A stretch of DNA of 63,803 nt, filler included, from Reclinomonas americana ATCC 50394 (GCA_048213135.1; 14 parts of 10 records of this genome joined end to end with filler, not necessarily neighbours in it), one strand, 5' to 3'. Counted from the first letter of the whole stretch, positions 1-12,138 are shown. The notes: a model not told the origin generated them from the letters alone. Numbers and translations: made by a program.

Positions 1-1888
1 TCCGACAGTTGGAGCGTGAGAGGGGCGACAAGGATTCGCATCTGCAGTCTATGACAGCGCTGCTGGCCGAGCGCACTGCACGATTGGCCGAGGCGGAGGG
101 CAAGCTGCACGATCGGGACACGAGACTCGGCGACTTGGCTTCGCAGCTGGAGCAGGCGCGACAGAGGGCGCAGGAGTTGGAGGAGACGGCTCGCGAGTCT
201 GACCGGCTACAGGAGCTGTTTGAGAAGCTGAAGACCGAGGCTGAGGATCTGCAGCGGCGATGTGAAGCGGTTGCGTTGCTCGAGCTTTTATGTTTCTTTG
301 TGCCGCTGCTCATTACCCGTCGCCACAGGCTGAAGCGCAGGCCGCGGACTTTGCTGGAGCCTTGGAGGAGCGTGATTCGCAGCTGCAGAGCACGAAGCGT
401 GAGCTGGAGGCTGCCGGCCAGTTGCGACCACAGCTGCAGCATGCAAACGACGAGTTGCAAAAGGTGTCGCGCGAGCGCGATGACCTCGAAGAGGCGGCCG
501 ATCAGTTCAAGAAGCAGTTCCAGGCCGCCACTCTGCAGCTTACAGCGGCGCAGGTTCGCCTCTGCTCCTGTCCACGAGGTTGTTGTCTTTCGATCATGTC
601 ATCGCTCACGTGCGTGTGTATGTGTATGTGTGTGTTCAGGAAACCGCCAAGCAACTGCAGAGCGAGCGAGAGGCAGCGCAGGCAGAGCAGCGAATGGAGC
701 CGGTGCTGAAAAAGGAAAATGCGCTGCTGCGCTCCGTGATCGAGCAGCTGAAGGCCGAAATGGTGCGCAGGAAACAAGTGCACGATGACGAGGTATATAC
801 ACTTGTGTGTGAGCGCCGCGCTCTCTTCCGTGCATCCGTTCTCATTCTTTTTATCTCTCTGTCGTGCGTGTAGTTGGCGGCCATGCGAACCAACTTGCAG
901 CAGTTGGAGAACCAACTGGCGGTGACTGCCGTCACGGGTGCGCCAGCGGCCACAGCCGCTGAGCCGCTGATGGACGACGAAATGGCACAGTACCAGGGCA
1001 CCGGCGTCGACTACGCCGATGTGTACCAGCCGTCGGATCCGTCGGATCCGCTGGACTTGGCAGTCAGTCAGGTGTGTGTGCTCGAAGGAGGAAGATGACT
1101 ACGGACTGTGACCACTCACATCCTTGTGTATGATGCCGCAGCTGTTGAGCTCGCTGAACTGCTCGGTGCAAATTGCCTTTGAGCGAGTGGAGCGCGGTGT
1201 GTATCAGGCTGATCGGCAGCTGAAGCTGCGGCTCGTCGACGGCGAGGTGATGATTCGCAAGAAGAGCGGCCTGGAACCGCTGCAGGCCTATTTGGAGCGA
1301 CTGTACGCGCCGTACATGGAGCGCACGTCGGACAGGCATCGCGCCTCGCTGACGGACGTTAGCTCTTTCAGTCAACCACCACTGTCGGCACGAGGCTCCT
1401 CTGCACCGGCATCGCGCTCGTCGTCTGCTGGCCGCAACTTTGCCTCACCTCGACGCCAAGCACCACCACCACCACCATCANNNNNNNNNNNNNNNNNNNN
1501 NNNNNNNNNNNNNNNNNNNNNNNNTTAATTAATTAANNNNNNNNNNNNNNNNNNNNNNNNNNNNNNNNNNNNNNNNNNNNTCACAACAGCAGCAAAAGCC
1601 GGCATTTGGAGGTGGCGGTGGAGTGCGTCAAGCGACGCCGCCGCGAGGAGCATTTGCACCGCCGAATGGTGTGGCCAATGGCGGTGGTGGTTACTCGAAT
1701 AGGAGGAACCCCGCAAGTACAGCGCCATCTGGTGCCGTTGATGTGCGACAGGCTGCACGCCTACAAAGAGAGGTACGAGACGAGGCAGGCGCTGCGAGAT
1801 GCGAGGGGAGACGATGTGTGAGTGCTGACATTCTTGAGTTTGTGTGCAGGCTCTCAAACGGCAAGTGGATGGCTCGTGGAGACGATAA
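1..1888 (+). CDS. Long coiled-coil protein with a C-terminal GAS2/GAR-like (microtubule-binding) domain; 5' partial, multi-exon, spans a linker gap
   Basis: Heptad-rich E/Q/R/L exons joined by short GT-AG introns (e.g. 270-328). The exon at ~1142-1480 gives 'IAFERVERGVYQADRQLKLRLVDGEVMIRKKSGLEPLQAYLERLY', resembling the GAR-domain pattern. The last exon reads ALKRQVDGSWRR* with TAA at 1886-1888. Confidence 0.6.
1481..1580. other. Artificial contig linker (N44-TTAATTAATTAA-N44), recurring about 14 times
   Basis: An identical 12-mer with stops in all six frames is embedded in Ns at 1525, 4420, 8649, 12945, 14711, 24023, 30264, 38133, 39823, 48140, 59475, 60900 and 62630. Confidence 0.97.
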
Positions 1889-2021
1889 TCGTGACATGTG
1901 TGTTGTGTGTCAATAACTAGGATCACTGTAACTTTCTCTTTTCTTCCCCCGTCTTTCGTTCTTTTCCCCTTTTCAGTGTAAGTTGGCGGAGCTGAGTACA
2001 TCCGACTTAAGTCATTGTTTT

Positions 2022-5000
2022 TTACATGTCGACTACTGTGGCCACATACGTCTGTTCGCCGTATCGGTGGCCGTGGTCGACGGCCGTCACGCGTGTTTGG
2101 CACACGGGACACTTGGCGGCCACATGCCGGTTCTGTGGCGTCAGCAACGAGAGAGCACACTGGCGGCACAGCACTTGATGGCCGCACGGCTGCAGTCGCG
2201 TGCTGCGCACCGCGTCGCACAGCATGCAGGCACGGCGCGTCGACAGCGCGGCAACTCCACGTAGAGACTCACACACGAGGGAGGCGGGTGGTCGCAGTTC
2301 GCGATCACTGTTCAGGCATCTGGGAGGGGGTGGACGATGAGACTACGCTTTCTGTCAACTGATTGATATGGGGGGAGAGACGAAACTGGAGAGCAAGCGT
2401 GACGAGCTGCTCGCACACTTCGGTCGGCCACACTCGCCCGACAGTGGAGTCGCCGAGTGTGGCAGCACGCTGACACACCTCCACCTCTGAGGGGCACTCT
2501 TGGAGCGTGGACAGCACCTCGAGTGTGGCGTCGACGGTGCGACCGGTGAACAGTTGCAAGACCAGCAAACCGAGTGAATACACATCCATGGAGGGGTGCA
2601 CGCGGCCACTGCGACACTGCGGATCGGCACACTTGGAGTCGCCAACAAATGGGACCTGTGTCGATCGCAAAACATTCTCAGTTGACGCCGGTTGTCGATA
2701 TTGCACAAATGGTGCGCACCTTGGTTTCCGTCGTCAATGCGGCATTGCCAAAGTCAATGAGACACGCCATATCGGCGTCGTTGAACACAATGTGCGACGC
2801 CTTGACGTTTCGATGGATCACTGTTGCACAAAACGGAAGCAAGTGAGCAAGACGGAGTGAGATTGAAGTGTCGCCAGCAGTTGTGTTTCTCACCACCCTG
2901 CATCCACAACAAGATAAGAAATGAGCAAAGGAGCACGGATACCAACAAGAACTCGCACGCTGCACTCACCTCGACATGCAATGCTGCCACGATTTCCGCG
3001 CACTGCAATGCATAGTCCACGCGCTGTTCGATGCTCAGTGGTCTTCTGTCGCGAGTCTTCCACTCCAGCAGTCGATGGTGGAGGTTGTGACGACTACCAT
3101 GTACATCGACACGTCAGTGGGAGGAAGAAAGAAGAGGAGAACAGCGATGAATCCCTGTACGCACTTCATGCCCTCCAGCACCAGACACTGGTGACCTCTT
3201 GTCGACTCTGCGACAGCCAACAGCCGCACCACACCGGGCACGTTAGCCCGCGTCATCATGCTGATCTCCCTGTCGAATGCCGACGGTGCTCCCGACAACT
3301 TGTCGCTCGACGCGGCGAGCTGGTGAAAGATCTTGACTGCCACCCTCCGTTCGTCCCAGGTGCCCGAATACACTTTACCGGTCGTGCCCTCACCGATCAG
3401 CTTGTCGCGAAGAAAGTTGCGAGTGACCGCGTTGACTTGCTCCCACGAGAGTGCAATCTGTGAGCCTGTGAATGGACAATGTGGCGTGAGTGGAGGAGGT
3501 CGAGATCAGGCACCGGTAGCGAGCACACCTCGTCGCTTCAGGCACGAATTCGACAACTTGCTGCTGTTCCGTAGTGAGTTTGAGGAGCTGCCCCCGTGCG
3601 ATGACGACCCACCAGCAGACGACGTGGAGACGGGAGTCGATACACCGCCGTTCACAAACAGCGACGCCGCACTCGGTGACACGCGTAGCTGAGCGCTGCC
3701 GTTGCTGCTACTGCTGCGTGATCGTTCCAATGCCTGCTGCAGCTCAGCCGTCTGCGAGATCTGCTGCTGCAACTGACGCGACAGGGCCTCGTTGGCGGCG
3801 GCCAGCTCGCGGAGCTTTTTGGTCGATGCCGTGTCGGATGCGGAGCTCGATGGCCGCCGTATTGCCGAGGAGGTGGGCGATGTCGGCGACGCCACTTCGG
3901 CCACCTGCGCCGCACTGTCTTCGCTATGCGTCGCTGCTGCTGCGGCCAGCAACGACAGTCGGCTGCTTGCCAAGCGCAGCAGCTCCTTCGTGGCTTCCTC
4001 TGTGAGCAAATAAAGTCAGCGTGCGCACAATATCAGAGAAATCAGGAGAGGAGACACAGCACCTGGATTGCCGGCCGTGGTAGCGAGATGCCGTCGTGCC
4101 TCGGCGAGCGTCTTGGAGAGCGCCGATGTGATGGTGAATGCGTCGGAGCCGGCCAGCACGCCAGTGGAGCGTTCCAACGTGCTGTTCATCAGCGCCGTTG
4201 CTTCGGCATGCCGACCGACGCCAATGTAGGCCTTGGAGAGCTGGAGGGCGATCTCGAAAGCGAGACGATCCGTGGTGCGACCTGCTCGCTCACACACCGA
4301 CCAGGTGTGCTCACCGAGAACAACGGCGTCGTCGAACGCACGTTGCCGGAGCATGACGCATACGAGCTTGCTGGCNNNNNNNNNNNNNNNNNNNNNNNNN
4401 NNNNNNNNNNNNNNNNNNNTTAATTAATTAANNNNNNNNNNNNNNNNNNNNNNNNNNNNNNNNNNNNNNNNNNNNATCTCCATCGTTCTCCGCCTCCTCC
4501 TCCTCCTCCTCCTCCTCTTCCACGTCCGTCCACTCCTCCTCCTCATCGCCACGATCGTCGTCGTCCTCCTCCTCGGCCTCCCGTTGCACCATGTCGAGTG
4601 TCATCATGTCAATCGCCTGATTCAGCAACCGCAGCGCACGATCGGCGCCCGTCGCACGATCCGTTCGCCGTGATCGCGTCTGCCGATAGATCGAGGCCAG
4701 CAGCACGAGGGTCGATGGAGTGCCGGGCGGACACAGTTCACAAGTCATCTCCAGATCACGAGCCGCCCGCTGCAACTCGCCAAACTGTGCATACAGACGA
4801 CCTCTGTTCGCGGGAGTGAGGAGAGAAGGGAGGCAGAGAAGCGATAGTGAACAAACACACGAGCGCACCTGGCCAGGAATGCTTCTGCGCCTGCGAGAGA
4901 GAGGACGTGAATGCCGCGACTCACAGAGAGCGACAGAGGCGCACGCAACATGCAGAGTCCACGGCAATCGCCTGATTGAAGCAGTGCAACGCGTCCATGA

Positions 5001-5327
5001 AACGCCGTTGCGACTCGGCCTCCACTGCACATCACCACGATCAGCTCTCTCCCACACACTCTTTCTTCTCTGGCGCACACACACACCTCCACTGGCCACA
5101 AACGTGGCGACCACCACACGCGTGTCCTCGTATGCATACTGCGGCCACACATCCGCGGGCGACGCATGCTCCGAGGCTTCATCCTCCAGATCCGGCACCG
5201 CCTCCTCGCCCTCGTCAAACTCGTGGTCCTCCTCCTCAGAGCCGCGACTCACACCCGTTGCGTCATCGTCCTCCTCTTCAATGACCACCACACGCGGAGC
5301 AAGCATCATGGCGCCCGCGGAGGCCAT
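2022..5327 (-). CDS. TPR-repeat / IRAK-Pelle-like pseudokinase / C-terminal C3HC4 RING finger protein
   Basis: N-terminal TPR exons (DALHCFNQAIAVD..AEAFLARGRLYAQFGELQRAARDLE). Kinase motifs IGEGTTGKVY, VAVKIF, FDREISMM, EQRVDYALQCAEIVAALH, HRNVKASH, IDFG, DVYSLGLLVLQLFTG. RING CMLC..PCGHQVLCRQCA..CPVCQ. The join across the gap at 4376-4475 is inferred. Confidence 0.75.
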
Positions 5328-5357
5328 CTTCCCAAGACAATGATATCGATCGATAAA

Positions 5358-8159
5358 CTAATTCATTGAACGGAGCAAGCACTCGGGCCAGCTGGGCACC
5401 GGCACGCCACTCGACTCGTCGCGCCAGGTGGCGCTGCCACGACTGACGGTCAGCATCTGCCGCTGCGCCTCCCACAGATCACGCGCGCCGTCCACGGTGC
5501 ATTCGGGGATCGCCACGGGTGCACTGGCTGGCGATCGGGGCGGCACCGGCGACGACGGCAGTGCCGTCATCACGTACATGAGTTTGGCTTGGAAACCAAG
5601 CACGGCTGCGCGATCAAAGTCGTATGGTGCCAGAACGTGCTCGTAGGCCCGCCAGATGCGCGTCCATAGCGCCAGCGAGCGATCAATGTACCGCAACGGC
5701 TGTGCGAAGCGATTTATGTCAAGCAGGTGCCACACGAGCGGAGGAAAGTAGAGCATACCATGTACAGCTGCGCGAGCGGCCGCAATATTTGCGTCACGAT
5801 GCGTGCATCGATAATGGCCTCCCACGGTTGCGTCGAGTCCGGTTGTTGTCTGTGGAAGTGGTGACAATCTTGAAAAAAAGGAAAAGTGGCCGCAGCGACG
5901 AGCTGACGCACCTGCTAAGCTCAAGAATCAGCGCATCGGCGCGCTTCAGCAGGCCTTCGAGCTGCGGTACGAGTGGCGACGCCGTCTGCAGACAGGGATT
6001 CTCATGGAAGGCATCAAACGACACTTGTCGAGTGTCATTCAGCAGCCGCTCCACCGCCTCACCCACCCAACCCAACAACGCGTCCTCCCCTTCCTCTGTA
6101 CCGCGCAATAAATGAGCACACATGGGCGCGCAGAGAGAGTCAAGCGTGCGCCACAGAACCGACCTCGCACACAGCGCGGACACTCGCAATCAAAATTCCA
6201 CAACGACCGCAGTCGCGATCGTCTCCTTGTGCGCGACTCCAGCAAGCAGGTGTAGCTGATCGTCAACTCCTCGCCGGCAGCCACGTCGCGCGTTGTGCGG
6301 AACCATACGCGAGCACCGTCCGACACCTTGGCCTCGGTCATGGGGCTCGACAGCAGCGACTCGAGAGCAATCTGCTCACCGTCCTCGGCGCCCACATACA
6401 CGGCCACATTGGGCTCGCACGAGTGATTGAACATGCTGCCGGCCAGGCACAATGCCTGCACTTTGCTGTGTGGAAAGCTGCATCGACGAAGAGGGGTGGG
6501 GAAGTGGCACGGAGAAAAAACACACACAGGAAATCACACGCACGTCGCAGTCTCCTCGGTCGAGTCCACTTGCAGCAAGTTGAGTTTCAAGATGCACAGC
6601 AACAGAGCCACTTGCTCCCACTCGGCCAACTCGTCTTCCCTCCATCCTGAGTGTCTCAGCAGCGCCGACACGAGATCCCGCTTCATGCGCGGCAGCAGAC
6701 CCTGCGCCGTCTCCCGAAACACCTGATGCCGCTCCAGCTCCTCCCGCACCGTCTCAATCGGTGCCCTTCCCGGGTACAACTGGAAGACGAGACGTGAGGC
6801 CAGTGGTGCATCGCCCACCACCAATGCGGCAAGCTGTGACAGCAGCGGCAGGTAATTGGCCGTGCCGAAAGTGAACAGCTGATGCAGGCGAAGGTGAGCG
6901 AAGTGGGAAGAACAATGGAGAAACGACGACGACGAACCACAGGCCGCTCAGACAGCACCGCAGAGCCGGCGGGCATGGGCTCGGTGGCCACCACACGGCG
7001 GCCGCCGCCATCGCCCACGTGCGGGGAGCGGTGGTCGACGGTGCACGACAAGTGGAAGAGGCGACGAACGCGCTGCTCAAACATTTTCGAGTCCAACTCC
7101 CTGTCGCCTCGCGTCAACAGGAACGAGGAGAGCTCCTGCTGAATGGTCTTGTCGTCGGGGAGACAGCGGTCGGCCTCCATCAAGCTGCGCACGGCATCGT
7201 CGTGCCTATCGCACTGCACGAGAGCGCGATGCAGCAAAAAGTGCGCCTTGGCGTACTTGGGATCGAGCACCGTGGCCATCTCGGCGGCAATCGCCGACGC
7301 CAGCGGTCTCTTCAGCTTCATGTAACACAGACCGAGGTTGTGCAGCGAACGGGAGGCACACTCGCGCGCACTCGGCGACAAGTGCGGTGCGTACTCCATC
7401 ACCGAGAACACATTCTGTTGATGAAGTCGAAAGTGAGTGAGGCCAGTGAAAGAGGAAGAAGAGAGAGGAGCAGGCAGCGCAACATGCTTCAGGCGGTGAA
7501 TGGTTCGCGGCACGCCCGACGTCTCATCCAACGCCGTGCACGCATCCGCACCACGATCGACTCCATGCTGTCACATGCTGATGAGTCAAGACACACACAC
7601 AAACTCCTCATCTCCCTCCCCCGCCCACACTCACCGCATACAGGCCACCCTCGATGCCCCGCAGCAACTCGCGATCGCAAATCAGATTGGTCGAGCCCAA
7701 GTACAGCCTCTGCTCATCGCCACCAATCAGAAAGCACGTCGATGCACGTACACTTACAGACACACAGACCGCAGCCACCGTCACACGCCCACTCCTCAGC
7801 TCAACATGCGCATCACGCCGCAGCTCTTCCGCCTCCAACAACAACTCACTCTCCCACTCCTCCTCCTCCTCTCCGCTCAACCACACCAACATCTTATCTC
7901 GCTTTCATCGCGCACTCACCGCCGCCGCCAGAGATTTCCCCGCGCGAAACTGCAGGTTCCCGTCACTTCGGAGCTCCTCCGCCTCCATCAGCAACTCGCG
8001 TTCCCACGCCGCTGCCTCACTCTCCGCATGCACCTCAGACGACGACGAGGAGGCAGTCGAGGCCAGAGACATCGGAGAGAAGAGTGTCGAGGCCTCTCCA
8101 CCACCACTCACACTCTCATCAGAAAGGCGACGAAGGGCCGCTGCTGAGCGCGACGACAT
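5358..8159 (-). CDS. TPR + SET-domain protein (SMYD-like lysine methyltransferase)
   Basis: TPR exon (LHNLGLCYMKLK..DPKYAKAHFLLHRALVQ), SET-N 'GGGRRVVATEPMPAGSAVLSERP', 'FNHSCEPN', 'GEELTISY' and post-SET 'FDCECPRC'. ATG at 8157-8159, TAG at 5358-5360. Confidence 0.85.
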
Positions 8160-8249
8160 TTGTTTTAATCTGATCAAAGTCACTTTGGGGTTACCGTTTG
8201 CAATACCGCGCAATTCCGCCTCGGTAACCCAGTGGCCGTTTACCCAACA

Positions 8250-8604
8250 ATGTTGGCGAGCGAGGAGCTTTCTCGTGTGCTGTTCGCCGCCTCTGCACGT
8301 GGCGACGCGGCGCAAGTGCGGGAGATCAGTGAGGAGACGGCGAAACGAGTGCGTGGGCGATTGGTTGGCGCTGAGTTGCTGGTGTTGTGCGCCGAGGAGG
8401 CCATCAAAGTGCGTTCAATCGAGGTCGCGCATGCAGCTCGTGCGCTGTGTGCTGATTGCCGTCTGTGTGTTAGATCCATGAGTATGATAGTGCGAGGGAC
8501 GCGATCGAGTTGTTTCATGCGTTGCAGCCGTCGGCGGTCGATCAGTTCTTTTGTCGAGCGCTGTTTTGTGAGGCGCTGCTGTCCTCGCAGCGTGCGTCGT
8601 TGCA
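8250..8604 (+). CDS. CFAP46: Cilia- and flagella-associated protein 46-like, 5' fragment truncated by an assembly gap
   Basis: Two exons give 'ELLVLCAEEAIK|IHEYDSARDAIELFHALQPSAVDQFFCRALFCEALL', matching the recalled CFAP46/TTC40 N-terminus (DLFVLCAEQALK...QFLGRAHLCRAQM). Confidence 0.65.
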
Positions 8605-8852
8605 NNNNNNNNNNNNNNNNNNNNNNNNNNNNNNNNNNNNNNNNNNNNTTAATTAATTAANNNNNNNNNNNNNNNNNNNNNNNNNNNNNNNNNNNNNNNN
8701 NNNNTAACACGTGATGCGGGCAGCTAGCGATTCTCTCTCTTTCTCTCTCACGCACTACCTCTTCGCCTCCTTCTCTCTATTTCTCGCCTGGAATTCGATT
8801 TCTCTGATATCAAGCGTGTCACAAACCGCCGACCCCTTCAACGACGACGCAC

Positions 8853-11800
8853 CTCCAGTGCCAAGTGACGCTCGAATCCGCTGTACAGCGCCTGCTCGAG
8901 CTCCGCAAGCATCGGCACGTGCGTGGCGCGCCATCTCACACAGCCGGAGCTGTCCAACGGCACACGCTCCACATGTCGACCAGAGCTCTGCGTGCCCCCA
9001 CTGTTAGCAACGCCATCCTCTCTGCGGTCTCGTCGCACGCATGTAGACGCCGCACCGTGCCGCCTACATCGTGCACCAGCTCCAGTACATCCACGTGCCC
9101 GTGCACACAAATCTGCACGCGCTCAGTGGCCTCGTTAAACTTGGGGTCCAGGCACAACAGATCCACGCTGGCCTCCGCTTCCGCCTCATCCACCTCCTCT
9201 ACCGGCGTGGGCGGCGGCAGCTCCTCGCCCAACGCCTCCGCCAGCATCGATGACATGGTGTACTGCGATCCGGTGTTTGGCTGCGCGGGTCGGAACGCTC
9301 CCACTTCGCGCAGCGTCAGCGGCGGCAGTGGAGGCTCAAAGCGAAAGGCTGAAGGCTGCGGCTCTGGCGCACTGCTGCCTGCTGTTCCGTCGTCCGAGAG
9401 AGTGCCAAACGACGGAGAACCGAGACTGCCGCCGCTGCCGGTGCGATTCACCGTCGGCGTTTGCGGGCCTCTGCAGCGAGGATGTGAGAAATCATGCTGA
9501 AAGTAGCGAAGCCTTTTGCAGCTCACCTGCCAGTGGCCGAGAGCGGTGTCCCCGGAATGCTGTGTGGGTAACACGGGTGAGGATAGAAAAGAACGCGGAC
9601 GCCACTCCATCAGTCGGCCACGCACTGCAAGTCGCCAGTCGGCGTGTTGACGCTGAAAAGGCACAACGCAGTTAGGAGGAGACGGGAACACACCGATTCC
9701 GTGACGTGATCTCGTACCTCACAGACACGCGCTCACGAATGGAGCCGGCGACGGAGAACTTGAAGGGCGAGTCCAGCGACTGCCTCCGCACCACTCCCGA
9801 CTCGTCATCGTCGGCCGATTCACCAACCGGCAGAGCAGTCGGTGGAACCACGGGCGGTTCGGCGAGTAGCGAGTCAGACGGCTCTGCGGTGGCCATGTCC
9901 ACCAGCACGATCGAGTCGACGCGACAAAGCTTGAGGGTGGACGACTGACGCAGGCTGGAGCGCACCGCATTGCAGGTGCCTCGGCTGTGCACACGGATGG
10001 GGTTGGCGAAAGGGAGACGGCGCACTGAGCAGGCAACTTTGGTCTTCGACACACACACACCTGTATCGGCATAGGTAGATCACCAGCTGCACGGCTGATA
10101 CGGGCTCGTGATGATGATCCACATAATCGCGGACACAGTCTTCGACCACATGCACAATGTCCTCCACGAGGTCTGCTCGCGAATGAGACTCCGTCGTGGA
10201 GGTCACACAAGGGGCACGACATGGAGGACGACGCACCAGCGCGAAGACTCGAGGCGACATGTCGCTCCACGTTGACCAGCGAGCAGAGAATGCTGGGCAG
10301 CGTTCGCGCGCTCGTGGCGAACACTGGCAGATATCGCACCACATGGGAGTGGCCGTTGCGCTGACGACGAGTGCGCGCATTGGCCAGCAGCTCGCCCACC
10401 ACACCCAGACCGAGTCGCACCTCCTGCGAGTGATGCCAGTGTTGAGGAGCAGCATCAAGGATGGTGACGAGGCGACGCGGGGGAAGAGCGACATACCACC
10501 GTATCGTGTCGCACCGACGGCGACGATGGAAACGTGCCGGCATAATCGGCAAAGAGCACATTGGAGCAGAGCCAAACACACCGAGCGCCACAGCTGCGCG
10601 CGAGTTTTTCAGCATCGGCTCGACAATGAAGACACACGAGAGAGAAAATGGACACGCACTCGGCGCGGGCCGCAAACAGCCGATGCGGATTGACGGCCGC
10701 CAGCTGCACATCCTTGACATCCATCAGCCACACGCCGGCAAAGCCACTGCCGCTGACCGCTCGCTGCAACCGCGCAGCGCCCAGAGCCAGACCACCGCAG
10801 CCGATCACGAATCGTGGCACGCGCGTGGAGTTGCGCGCCATGTCAAATTGCCAGTTGTCTGCGATGAGGGAGAGGGAAAGGTCAGTGCTGATTCCGCTGA
10901 CAGGTCTCTCCCCCTGAATGCAGACCTCCCCAAAGACCTCTCTCAACTATAAAACTGTCTCTCAGCCAGCTGCCTGCACGAAACACAGACAGCGGATCAA
11001 TGCCTCCAACAGGGAAGGCCACTGTGTTCTCATGATCCTTGTCTCATCTCCTCTTCTCATCTCCCTGCCTCGAGACACAGACAGCGGATCGATGCCTCCG
11101 ACAGGGAAGGCCACTGTTTTCTCACGATCCTTGTCTCTTCTCCTCTCCTCATCCTCCTGCCACGAGACACAGACAGCGAATCAATGCCTCCAACAGGGAA
11201 GGCCACTGTGTTCTCACGATCCTTGTCTCTTCTCCTCTCCTCATCCCCCTGCCACGAGACACAGACAGCGAGTCAGTGCCTCCAACAGGGAAGACCACTG
11301 TGTTCTCATGATCCTTGTCTCGTTTCCTCTCCTCATCTCTCTACCTCGAGACACAGACAGCGAATCAACGCCTCCAACAGGGAAGGCCACTGTGTTTTCA
11401 CGATCCTTCTCTCTTCTTCTCTCCTCTTCTCCCTGCCTCAAAAGCAGACAGTGGATCAATGCCTCCTTCCCCTCGCTGACCTCTTCTCTTCTTCTCACCC
11501 CCCTGCCTCGAGACACAGACAGCAGATCAACCCCCTCTTCTCCCCGTTCCCCTCTCCTTCCCTCCCTCCCCCCCTCCACCCCTTCCAACTCAACAAAGGA
11601 ACTGACAAGCGGCGGCCGCATGCACCGGCTGCGGAAACACCCCACGCGACGCCAACGACAAGAGCGCCACCTGCATCGTACACGAAGCTGCCCTCCTCTC
11701 ACCCCCACCCTCCTCCTCATCACCACCACGACTGCTCATCATCACAGGCGGCGGCATCATCATCATCAGTGAATGAGCGCGAGGTGACGCTTGCTCGAGA

Positions 11801-12073
11801 GGAGGATGTTGTTGTGCAGAGAGAGTGGGCGGGCCAAAGAGTTGAGAGGCGAGCTTGTGCGCATCAGCAGTGGACGCAGTCATTGCGGCGTGCACGAGGA
11901 GCTCGCCAACACGACGAAGGTCGGGTCGTTGTTGCATGACGAATTCGCGCTCAAGCTTGGCACTCCACTGATGCAGCGAGTGAGTGACTGGGAGGCAAGA
12001 GAGAGGTGAGTGTGGGTGAGAGGACCTTCTTTTCCACAAACGAGTCGCCTCCGCCTCCATCGTCGTCGTCCAT
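8853..12073 (-). CDS. Multi-exon hypothetical protein, 3' end probably lost in the gap
   Basis: ATG at 12073 (MDDDDGGGGDSFVEKK|WSAKLEREF...). Successive open exons are flanked by GT/AG. No recognised domain. Confidence 0.5.
10975..11530. repeat. 92-bp minisatellite, about 5.5 copies, inside an intron
   Basis: The core ACACAGACAGCG..TGCCTCC.ACAGGGAAG.CCACTG recurs at 10983, 11075, 11167, 11259 and 11351 (period 92), then degenerates. Confidence 0.92.
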
Positions 12074-12138
12074 GGCAATCCCAGATTGACTGAGAGGACA
12101 ACGACGAACGAACTTCACTTCTTTTTCAAGACACCACA

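Noticed and set aside
1525..1536. TTAATTAATTAA repeated throughout, as a possible biological repeat or target site
   Set aside because: Always centred in exactly 44+44 Ns; it is an artificial six-frame stop linker.
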